Part shown: one piece after another, positions 9,905 to 20,000 of the stretch
Layout: every line of letters starts with the position of its first letter
Numbering within the stretch: position 1 is the stretch's first letter
Assembly (NCBI GenBank): GCA_040437565.1
Contig: JBDOQK010000011.1
Location: forward strand, 616,694 to 636,693
DNA length: 20,000 nucleotides
Direction: 5' to 3'
Source: Albugo candida
Taxonomy: Eukaryota
Position numbers and translations under genes: made by a program
Notes under the pieces: model-generated
What the model was told of the DNA's origin: nothing
Databases searched by the model: none
The model's input: the letters and a program-made list of their open reading frames with translations, nothing else

Positions 9905-12900
9905 GTTGAATTTAGCACTACGCACATATCAGCTATTCACGTTTTCAATAAACCGTATAATGGTCACAGAAGCGCTTCCACGTTTCAGCACTTGTTAAGA
10001 GTAGGTATTTCCGTCGTAAAGATCCGGACTGATTGAACTTATTCATTTACGTTCAGCCCTTCAGGAGTAAATAAATATCTAGAGATACAGAGATGAAAAG
10101 AGTTAGAAATTATGTATTTGCTCTAGTATCCGAATTTAATAAAAAAAATCTCCGGGACAGCATCCAGCTATGTCCCACATCCTTCTGCATATTCAACGAC
10201 CGACCCAACTTCGTTGCGTCTCGTTTCACTTCGTCTTTTGCTTTGAGCTTCCCAATGATTCTAATTGCGATGTTTTCGTTCGTTTTCGCCATTACATGGT
10301 AGTAATATGTAATTCAGCGAGTAATTTGCCAATAACGTTGCTTAGGAAGGTGAAGTGACGCAGATATCGGTCTATTTACCGGACTCAAAAAGAAGTGAAC
10401 CAATCTTGAGCTTTCAACATTTTCTCTAGATGTTGCTAGCTCAGCCTTGTAGAAAAAAGCGATTCGCAGTTCTCTTGGGCAATTTTTTGGTCATGCAGCA
10501 ATCCTGTCAAGCAAGGCTTGAGTCTAAACGCTTCCAACTAATCTATTGGTCAGAACACAACCACATAAGCAAAATATGCTTCTGAACGAATGGTTAGTAA
10601 AGTAATTTTTGCGATTAGAAGAATTGAGGATATCCCTAGTAATGACATATTTGGTTCAAGATTAGAAGATTGATTATAGCACATTCCCCATGATCCACTC
10701 TTACAGAGACAAGGGATGCATCCTGGAGTATTTATAGCGCACTCACTATTGCATACTTCGCTTCAACATGCCATCCTCGTTTCTGGCTTATAGAAAGCGC
10801 TCTTCATCTTGGTGACTTGTGTACGGTATGCAAAATGTAACGTCTTCATGCTAAGAAAACATTCGTTTTGTGGAAGTTTGCTAGCGAGAGGTGAATCAAA
10901 TTGATTGATTTAGTCGACTTGATGGCCGGTTTTCGTCTCAGCTTCGACTAACTCGCAAACTACGGCTAATCTTTAGGTTCCGCAAGATATTGCGAGAACT
11001 GTTGATAGGATTTTGCGGTCAATGTGAATAAACACATGAGATGACACTACGTTCCTGAGAAGAATTTATCACTAGGCCAAAGCATTGTTCATGAAAATCC
11101 AGATTAGCGCAATGATTCAAGCCAAGAGCGAGCGCAGTGAAATTATCTTGTTTCATAGCAAGCATTATATGAAAGATAGCCTTCGGAAAATTGAAAAAAA
11201 ATCAAATAGTTGATAATTTACTGATAAAAAAACATTTAATGCAAAAACAGAACAGACTTAAGGCCATACCGTCATCGTGCAGGAAATAAGTATGCGATGA
11301 CTTTTATCCGCATACATTGTCGATAGTTGGAGCAGGTTCTGCTGTATTGGTAGCGTATGGTTAAATTTCCAGTCGAATGCGCATAGTTCTGGTTTGAAAG
11401 TATTACCTTATGCTACAGCGAGCCTCACTCTTTTGATAGAGACATGTACGATGCAAACAAGATGGTAGAAACTGATCTCGACATAGTGGAAGTATATCAA
11501 GTTGCTCATACAGCACGCACTAGGTAACATAAACTAATTTTTACGATGCGACATCGATTCCGGCTATGCAATGTACTTGATGTACATATGGATGTTACTA
11601 TCTGCACGCATTTTTACGATCGCGTTGCAATCAGTGTTAACCCTTCAAGCATGACTTAGAAGACCGCAATGATTTATTGAAATGGAATTGTTACAGTTTA
11701 TCGTGCTTATTCTACCAGTTACAGTCACGCAGGTGATGAGACCAGCACCTAGTCGCTATTTTGACCATACAAACGCTTGAATGACACCAGCGCGAGTTCA
11801 TGAGGTAATCAATATCGTATTCCTTCCACCCATTCTACACGCAATTCCATGGAGTAACACTGTAAATGTACCTCTACAAGGAGCATGCAAGTGTTTATGA
11901 AATCGGTGGTTGTAGTTGTCGTTCTTGTTGACGCCACGAACGTAAGCGATCGACAACGCTCCAAGCTCGTCCTTAGCTGCAGAGAGTAAACGTTATGATT
12001 GAGATCGAGTCTTCTACCTTGACGTGTATGCCAAGGATAAAAAAAGACTAGTAATCTTTTGAATGCTGCAATCAAATTACCCACTGCATCACCTTGAGAA
12101 ATCATTTTTTGTATGAAAGAATTCTTCTCAAGGAAGTTCATTCATTTGACTTTAGTGTGAGTAGCAAGTGCCATTTACGATCGCAAAAGCGACACCGCCC
12201 TCCGCACAAAAATATCACCATCTAGACACCGAGTTTATATCTTTGCGGGTGATTTACACGGTTCGAGTATATGCTTTCTCTCCTGTACGCTCAATAAACA
12301 CTGCGGTCATCCTATTGAGCTTTGAAATACTCATGCATCAGTTTGTCTAATGTCAATGGTTTACGATCATGTACTTAGCATGTGAAACGTAACAAATGGT
12401 ATTGTATACGTAGTAGACTTGAGCGATACTTATTGGTCGCTGAAAACCTTCATGGCACTAAATACAGATGAGATCGTATTCGATAAGGCAAAAACAGTAC
12501 AGCCAGACAAAGCTAAGAGGTGTCAGATCCTGAATTCTGAACAGTCCGATTTAGTTCCGTCATTTAGAAACGGACTTAGGAACAACACTTGCAGACAAAA
12601 TTAGTCGAACAAAGAGAAACTCAACAAATACTCCAGTAGACGTGATACTCACCATTAAATCATCGAAACTACTTTATGCGATATCATGCTAGCAGCCAGT
12701 ATACGTTTAATCTCCGTGTTTGGGACTAGGTTGGTAGAACTGCAGTACCTAGCTCTGCCTTTCAATGCTCAGCATTTTTTCAGATTATTCTAGGATTGCG
12801 AGGCATATCTGACAAGGAGCATTTGATTTAGTTCCTTCGACAGCCAGCAACTTGAGATAGGCCTTAAACTCTCCATCTATTTGCGTATCTTATAGCTTTA

Positions 12901-13705
12901 CCATGTTATGTTCTGGAGTTGTTATTCATGCTATTGAGATGAACAAGAAATATGAAAATAATGCACCGCTGATCGTTACTGCATACAAAACGCCAAAGCC
13001 GTAGTTGTTGCCTAGTGGTATTTCCTTCAGCGATACCCCCCCTCACCGCTCAATTTATGAGCTCAATAAGGTTGTCTCAATCTTGAATGAATAATGTGGC
13101 TGTACCAAGTCCCACATGAATTCTACCGAGCAATAAGTCAGAACCAGCATTTTACACCACGAAACTCAGGTTTTTTCGTACATGGAACATTGCCGCATAT
13201 GCCATTGTGCCACTAACTATTTTCTTGCCATGACGTTTACAACCTCAAGTAATGTTCGGCTCTGTGTTGCTCAATCGTCAGGTATCATTTTCTTTTTTGA
13301 GAAAATTTATCACTTTCTGATCCTGCGAGCACGTAATATCGTAATTGTAAAGCAGGGTGCGCTACCTTGAACTTACTTGACTTATTATATTCTCCTCTAG
13401 TAGAGAGAGATTGATCACGAATGCATTCATCTACATAGTACAGTTGCATTTGTACTCATTCAAAGTATATTAATCTCTAACAACTTGTAGGCTTGCTATC
13501 GTGTGATCAATACTTTTTGAAAAGTATCTCCCGAAATCTCGACACACTCTTTTCTCTGTGCTATAGGCTCTCTGGTACCGTCAGCCTGATACAATCCTTT
13601 GGACCCATTTCGAACAATACATTCAATTCTGCATGATACTTTATGGCGGTGCAAATGTATCGCCAAAGCATGACATGGGTGTCAGTAGAGGTGCAACCAC
13701 CTTCC

Positions 13706-13876
13706 TGTTGGCGATGATGCTGCGAGTTCAGATAACGCACCATAATTCGGGTGGATTGTCTGAGGATGTTCTCGACAATTCTACTGGGTAAATAATGAAA
13801 GGCTAAGAATAACTGATCAGGTAAACTTACGACCTAAATCAATATAACACACTTTTCAATCAACTCTGCTGCAATA
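13706..13876 (+). repeat. 5' LTR of the copia element (~171 bp)
   Basis: Starts TGTTGGCGATGATGCTGCGAGTT. Shares ggtggatt, aaaggctaagaataact and ctgctgc blocks, in order, with 17971-18152. Immediately followed by a PBS-like sequence. Confidence 0.75.
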
Positions 13877-13891
13877 AATTATGAGCCCAAG
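13877..13891 (+). promoter_or_regulatory. Degenerate primer-binding site (aattatgagcccaag, resembling copia-type ggttatgggcccag, internal tRNA-iMet priming)
   Basis: Located directly after the 5' LTR end and similar to the known copia half-tRNA PBS. Confidence 0.7.
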
Positions 13892-16800
13892 AACGGTCAA
13901 CTGCATCTTGCATGAGAACGACTGCTTCATATGAGATCTCAATGCTCGCATGAGGATTGCAAAAAAAGGCCTCTTGTCACATACTTCCAATGTTAGTCAG
14001 GACGGCACAATCTACTGCCCAAGCTTAGGAGATTTGAAAGACCTTTTTCCCCTCCCATCGGAACGACGCCAGCGCATCTTCAGTTTGATTATCGACATAT
14101 TGCTGGTAAATGCAACTGTTCTTAGGAATGAAGTTGGATTGTGACCAATTGCCTGATAAAAATATGTAGATTGCACTTGTTGCAATAGAGGTAGAAATAA
14201 AAGTAAAATATATTAAGTATCAACCTTGTTTGTCAACAGTGCAAAAGCTTGGGAGATTTAAAAGACCTTTTTCCCCTCCAATGTAATCACAACGGAGTAC
14301 AAATGCAACGATAGTTGCATGAGTTCAAGATGCAGAAGGGCAGAAACATGATAGATTAATTTCTCAATTTTGATGAAACATGCATGTCGATGAATGCGAT
14401 TTCGATGAAATCAGCCAAGACAAAAAGTTGGCGATCGTGCTCGGGAGTTTGTCCGAGAAATATCACCAAATAAACAAAATCATCAAAAACATGCAAGACA
14501 TAATTTTTTTTCAGACAAAGAAATGATGCATCGAGAGTTCGAAAGTATAATGCGAAAAGAGAAGAGTGAAGTTGCCCTGAAGGTAATTACAAAATGCCGA
14601 GATTTCCGTTGTAAAAGAAAAGGAAGGAAGAAAGGCAAAATTTCTTTGCATATAATCGATTCGGCCACAAGAAGGAAGATTGTTGGAAGAATCAGAGAGT
14701 GAAAGAAGAAACGAAATACCAAGTATTCCCGGTATCAAATAGAATGGAGGGAGGATGGCGACTGGATAGTGGTGCAAGCACCAACATGTGCCTTTTTGAA
14801 AAAGTATTCAACGACGTTCGACTTCTTAAGAAAAACATTCTTATCATGATTGCCAACGGCAAACAAGTAGCGGCACGTAGTTTGATGTGGTCAAGTCGTT
14901 CCTGAATATCAGCAGCCAATTCGGCGAGAATATCCTTTCCGTGCGCGAGTTAGACCATCGGTGCAATGTTTCGTTTGAAAACGGAGCATGTGCAATCAGA
15001 AACAATCAAGAAATTGTGTTCGAGGTGGTCGGAAGAGAAACTAAGTACAAGAAAAGCCCGACCTGGCTATTTGCCGAATGAAGAGAGCAAAACTTTTGGA
15101 CCATTGTGCTGATGGGTTCAAGACGACACGGCTATCAAGTATCGACAGTGATGTAGACGATATTGTTATATGTCTAAGCGGAAAATTATTTTTTTAGACT
15201 ATTTTCGAAATCGAACTATGGTCAAGTGAAACAAAATCCATTTTGGAAAGCATAAACAGGGATCAATGGAGACAAAATCACGATGTGGTGCACGATTCCT
15301 AGTGACATTTATTTACGATTTTCTCGATATGTGGTGATATATTTCATTACGCAGAAATGTGAAATTGTCGATCAGTTTATGAAGTCTAAGGCTATGATGG
15401 AGTACTAATCAAATGCGAAAGTCAAATGCTTCGGACTGATAATGGATGAGAGTATATCAATCGTCGGTTTTTTTAGATAAATGTCAAAGTTGAGCATTAT
15501 ACTATACATCAGACCGCACTCCCATATCCCCGCAACAGAATGGAATGTCCAAATCAATTGATCGGACAATCGTGGAGCGTGCAAGATCCATGATCAACTA
15601 ACTACGTGCAAGTTGATAAGAAGTGGTGGGCAGAGGCGGTATATTCCGCACCATGCATTACAAATAGCGTCCCTTGTGCAGCTCATCCAAATAAGGCGCC
15701 ATGTGAAATATGCCACAAACAAAGCCAAACCTGGAGTATCTACGAGTATTTGGAGCGCATGGCCTCGCGCATATCGATACTTTCAAGTGCAAGGAAATGG
15801 ACACAAAGGTATTTCGATTCATTTATCTTGGAAAATCTGACCAAACAAAAGGGTTTCGAGTTTGGAACTTGGACTACTAAAGAATTAGGTATACTAGGTC
15901 GTCGCTTTTCAAGAGCACCCCTCGAATAAAATACGTTAGAGTCATCAACGGAGATGCTACTGACCATAACATTCCAAACGACTTCGTTAGTGACGATAGA
16001 GAAAACAATCCTTTGATACAAGTCATTCCGCCTCGACATCTCGCACCAATGAAAGTAGACATGAATGAAGTGGACCAAGCCAGCCAACTATTTTTCACAC
16101 GATTCGATACCCACGGATGTAAGCGATAACGTTCAAATGAAATCAGCTCCGAGCAAACTGGAATCCTCCCAAGAGATTGCCTACAATCTGCATCTCGTCA
16201 TATGATGATGGGTTGCGTGTAGCCTCGACATAGAGTCATTCGATTTATTGTGTCCAAGAGAGATTGATATTTTCTCAGTATTCGCGATTGCTTAAAGTAG
16301 AAACAATGAACGAGGATATTATCGGTAAACAAAGACTCACAAGCATGAATTCCTGTTGGCTCTAATTCGGTCATTCCGGCAAACATGGATGATATTACCT
16401 GACCCTCACGGATGCTATATAAAATCAAAAGTAAACATGCGAACTCAGCATCAGAGATCCCATCTTTAGTACAAGAAGCATTGAAGTCACCAGAATTAAA
16501 ATTCTGGAAGGAAGCAATTACATCCGAGCTAGAAGAAACCTGGAATCTGATGACAAATACAAAAAAATAGAATCCAATCGGAACCGAATGGGTATTTACG
16601 ATTAACCGTAGTGAAAGAGAGGATGTTAAGCGGCACAAAGCTAGATTAGTAGCACTGGGATACATACAAACTTATGGTGTAGACTACTAAGAAACATACT
16701 TTCACGCGGCAAGTTGAAATTCCATCCGTGTTTTCATGGCAATCAGTTGTCATAAAAATTCTTAGTTCACCAGTTTGACGTTGACAAAGTGTTCATTAAT

Positions 16801-17372
16801 GGTCACCTTGGAGTAGAATTCATTATATACCCCCTAAAGGAGTAGAAGCCAACCCAAACAGATATCCAAGCTTAAACGAAGCTTGCATGGAATCAAGCAA
16901 GCCGCTGCAGACATGGTTCAAGAGCAATCAAGTATATTCATCAGCATGCGGCTCAAACAGAGTGCAACAGACTCGTGTAGCTTCATTCTTGAGGATATCG
17001 ATTCGTAGATACATGTCACGTTCTACGTCGATGATATGCTTATTATTGCCAAGTGGAGTGGATAGATCAGCGGAGTAGCAAGTGAATTCTCGAAGCATGT
17101 TGAATTGAAAAAAAGATGTTAGGCAATGTTCGCTTCATACTTGGGATAGAAGTGGATTACGTCAAGGCATAGGTCAGATGAAAATCAATCAAGCAGCATT
17201 TATTACACGGATGATAGAGAGGTTTCAGAAGGCAGATGCAAAGTCAGTAAAGAATCCGAATATTGAACGACCATTCTTAGTCAAGTCGAAAACGACCAAC
17301 TCTGAAATGGAAAAAAGACCATATCGGTAGCTCGTCGAATCTCTTCTGTACGCTGCAAACGAGACGGTAACT

Positions 17373-17472
17373 NNNNNNNNNNNNNNNNNNNNNNNNNNNN
17401 NNNNNNNNNNNNNNNNNNNNNNNNNNNNNNNNNNNNNNNNNNNNNNNNNNNNNNNNNNNNNNNNNNNNNNNN
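17373..17472. other. Assembly gap (100 N) inside the copia RT/RH region
   Basis: Run of n characters. Confidence 0.99.
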
Positions 17473-17961
17473 GAAAGGGATCTGCTATGCAAGTCAGTTG
17501 AAAGAATTACGGTAAGTGCGCTTACAGTGAGGCAGAGTTGGCAAGCAACGAAGAGAATTGAGATCAACGTCAGGTACATTAGTGATGATCAACAAGTCTC
17601 CACTCAATTCCAAATGAGAACTGTAACAAAGCGTCGCCATAACTTTCGCAAAAAGCTGAATATGTTGAGCTGTCATTATGCGTTCAAGAGGTGGCATGGA
17701 TCGAAGATGATGGATGATCAATGCGGACTATCTTGTTGTAATTCACGAAGACAATGAGAGTGCGGTTACGATTACCAAGAACGTCGGAGAGCAAAACATA
17801 TTGGTATCAACTATCATTTCGTTCGAGAGCTGGTCGAAGCAACAATGTTGATCCTCAGTACATCGACACCAAACTTCAAGCTGCCGACTTTATGATGAAA
17901 CCGATATCAGCCAAATATATAAGTTTCTATAGGCCAAATTTAACATGAAGAATAATTCGTC

Positions 17962-17970
17962 GAGATGGAG
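17962..17970 (+). promoter_or_regulatory. Degenerate polypurine tract (gagatggag)
   Basis: Purine-rich run just after the RNase H end and directly before the 3' LTR. Confidence 0.6.
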
Positions 17971-18152
17971 TATTAGGCGATTGTGCTGCAAGTTTTTCTG
18001 CCCCTGCGTAAAGCTGGTGGATTCTCTTGAGATATCTTGAGATCGTCAGCAAAAAATTCTCTTTGGTTCTAGAAATAAAAGGCTAAGAATAACTAAAAAC
18101 GTTAGTTAGGACTACGGATATATAGCAAAATCTCGATAAAACTGCTGCTAAA
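17971..18152 (+). repeat. 3' LTR of the copia element (~182 bp)
   Basis: TATTAGGCGATTGTGCTGCAAGTT aligns with the 5' LTR start. Followed by attcc (18153-18157), a 4/5 match to cttcc (13701-13705), the putative TSD. Confidence 0.72.
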
Positions 18153-19020
18153 ATTCCGAACGTTTGACATATACTTAGTCCAGTTGTCGTCCTCGGCTGT
18201 TGTCACCTCTAGCATGTCTGCGTATTTATTCTACAATGAACATCAAGCAAAGATCCCTGGATCAATATCTCCGGTCAATTGATTACTCCTTCCTGGTTAC
18301 AATCGTGTCGATCACAGTAGAGTACCTTTACCGATGCTGATTGATATGATTTACTGTAACAAACCTTCTGCTACTCCGTTCGATCAGAGCTACTTTTATA
18401 ACTCCGTTTGGTTTGAGTTAGAGAAAATGTCACTCGGTTGACGTGACTCAATTTTAGTTTGCTAACATCAGCTCACATCTGACAATAGTCTTAGAGGACA
18501 GCATCTTTTGAATGTAGTTCTAAGCTGCCAATGGGATCTTTTTGTGCTTACTTATAATGTTATTGACTGTGCCGCACGCAAGTACCGGATAAAGTGCCAG
18601 CACACGAGCGCGAGGTTTCTCTCGATGGAGTTTTTTTCTTGCGTCGTATGTACACTTATAAGAGGTGCATATCGATCGATGAAGATCTTACAAACAAGTG
18701 AGACCTTTCTGGCTGATTTATCCTCTCTGCCATTTTGAGGATAAGTAAAGTAGATGATTCAAACACCGCCGGGATTCCATATGTTCACTAGCCATGAAAT
18801 ACGGGCTTCTTCATGTACAGTACTTGTAGGGACGAATGCAGTCGATCATTTACGCAGTGAATGGCTCAAGTACTTATGATTGAATTGCTTAGATTGAATA
18901 GCTTAATAGTCCCAATATATTGTGACGTCAAGCAATAAAAGTCAAAAATTTTTTATTTAAAAATATACATCCCCTATGGCTATGCTGGAGATCCCTAAAA
19001 TCACGGGATCTGAGTCTGCA

Positions 19021-19407
19021 TCATGAACAAGAGCCAGGTGAATTAAACCACTGCTGTACTTCTGTTCGTACACTCTTTTTCGCAGCTCTTCGCTTCAAGA
19101 ACTTTTCCAGGAAAGATACTCTATCTTGCAATTCGGTAATTACCGAATTCTGTTCAACGAGCAGCTCATTCGTATCTGAACCCGCTTCTACAGGCCGCAT
19201 CGTAGTCAACCCCGCTCCCACTGGTTGGAAGAAGCGCCTCTTCGTTACTCGTGGCTTGAACTTAGTTGCTTCGACGAGGTTCCCGTCTCGATCAAATTCC
19301 TGGTGGACCTTCCTGTAGTGTCTTGGGAAGTTCCTCGCCAGAATCGGTTTCTTTCCAGCACAAGAAGGAACGAGACAAATTCCCTTGTAGTCACGTGAGT
19401 AGGACAT
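19021..19407 (-). CDS. Hypothetical 128-aa protein with N-terminal C2H2/BED-like zinc finger, coiled coil and basic patch
   Basis: C11-x4-C16-x13-H30-x4-H35 with F at H-3; heptad-like NELLVEQNSVITELQDRVSFLEKFL; KRRAAKK; intact ATG-to-stop ORF; AATAAA on the minus strand ~65 nt past the stop. Confidence 0.6.
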   Translation of the reverse strand: MSYSRDYKGICLVPSCAGKKPILARNFPRHYRKVHQEFDRDGNLVEATKFKPRVTKRRFFQPVGAGLTTMRPVEAGSDTNELLVEQNSVITELQDRVSFLEKFLKRRAAKKSVRTEVQQWFNSPGSCS

Positions 19408-19937
19408 GGCTAAATCTGAAATGAGTTACCTTACCATTTAGCTGGCCACTGGCACACGCTAGCCATTCATTTTGCGGACTGTCTAAGAGACAAGTGGCAT
19501 CTGCTGCTCGATCTAGAAGGGTCAAGTAGAAAAGTTTATACGCAGCACAGAGCAAATCATCGTGCTGAGCCACGGGCTGCTACTCAATTCCCATTTGTGG
19601 CGCGTCGCTCTGGGTACCTGGCGTTTTGATTGTATCTGTGTAGAAACATACTAAAAGTAAGATCTCTCGTCGATGACACTTGAGCTTGCTGACGGGAGGG
19701 TGTGGTAGGGTCTAGAGTAAAGTGCACAGCCACAGTTATTAAGAGTAACGTCCTTGAATTGGAAATGTTGCGTTTTACATGTTTAGTGTGCAGTATGAGG
19801 TAATCAGTTGCTAGAGCTGTATTAGTAGTGAGGATGGGACATCTTATGTTCTCCATGATGCGTGCTACGTGTAATTATCAAGATTATCGAGTGGTCATCC
19901 TTGAATGTTGAGTGTCCTGAATGGCCAGAGCAGGTGG

Positions 19938-20000
19938 TTTAGGGTTTAGGGTTTAGGGTTTAGGGTTTAGGGTTTAGGGTTTAGGGTTTAGGGTTTAGGG
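19938..20000 (+). repeat. Telomeric repeat (TTTAGGG)9, running off the window end
   Basis: Nine perfect TTTAGGG units with the G-rich strand pointing 5'->3' toward the end. This motif is known from oomycetes and plants. Confidence 0.97.

Larger units (their letters stand above)
13706..18152 (+). mobile_element. Decayed full-length Ty1/copia LTR retrotransposon (gag-PR-INT-RT-RH; many stops and frameshifts)
   Basis: Gag remnant (AWEI.KTFF-like ~14245; zinc-knuckle remnant GHKKEDCWK ~14660); protease WRLDSGASTNM ~14757; integrase LRTDNG ~15430 and PQQNGMS...RTIVERARSM ~15530; RT WKEAITSELE, RHKARLVALGYIQTYGVDY and YVDDML ~17025; RNase H AKHI...YHFVRE and QAADFMMKP. Domain order is copia-type. 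LTRs, PBS, PPT and a near-perfect TSD are identifiable. Confidence 0.93.
13567..18738 (+). pseudogene. Putative degenerate host gene (possibly kelch/beta-propeller-like) split by the copia insertion; segments 13567-13705 and 18158-18738
   Basis: Removing the element plus one TSD copy gives a continuous 240-codon frame with only 3 internal stops, preceded by a pyrimidine-rich splice acceptor (cactcttttctctgtgctatag). Confidence 0.4.

Noticed and set aside
10110-10300. Minus-strand peptide CNGENERKHRN resembling the copia integrase NGxAERKHR motif, and a 60-aa ORF in another frame
   Set aside because: Match is too short, with no flanking integrase motifs; may be chance.
11885-11989. Short + strand ORF MQVFMKSVVVVVVLVDA... 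resembling a signal peptide or effector
   Set aside because: Only ~34 codons, no RxLR/CHxC/CCG motif, and the hydrophobicity comes from a GTT-rich low-complexity tract.
9950-13500. Possible tRNA, snoRNA, CRISPR-like or other structured RNA in the gene-free interval
   Set aside because: No cloverleaf, paired C/D boxes with terminal stem, or regularly spaced repeats visible by eye. A covariance-model (Rfam/Infernal) search would be needed to exclude them.
18214-18260. MSAYLFYNEHQAKI resembling an HMG-box start
   Set aside because: Similarity stops after ~14 residues; better treated as part of the longer degenerate frame.
19391-19856. Subtelomeric ORFs 19391-19573 and 19584-19856
   Set aside because: Short, with no motifs or protein-like composition to support coding.

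Overview
Eukaryotic genomic DNA at a chromosome end, with a (TTTAGGG)9 telomere at 19938-20000. The ~50-70 nt introns, very tight gene packing, telomere motif and copia PBS type suggest an oomycete, possibly Albugo-like (inference). The first 9.8 kb holds five intron-containing genes: pelota/DOM34 (+), TRAPPC2L/sedlin-like (-), Notchless NLE1/RSA4 (+), a Siva-like zinc-binding protein (+) and a divergent MER3/HFM1-like Ski2-family helicase (-). NLE1 has a GC-AG intron and a 695-bp assembly-artefact duplication around a 100-N gap. The helicase has unusual DEMD/RMAGRAGR motifs and a predicted 3' end overlapping the Siva-like CDS. About 3.7 kb without recognisable genes follows, then a full-length but decayed Ty1/copia element (13706-18152) that appears to have split a degenerate + strand gene. 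A small C2H2-finger/coiled-coil ORF lies ~530 bp from the telomere. All exon structures were inferred by hand from splice signals and recalled protein-family similarity; no database searches were run.
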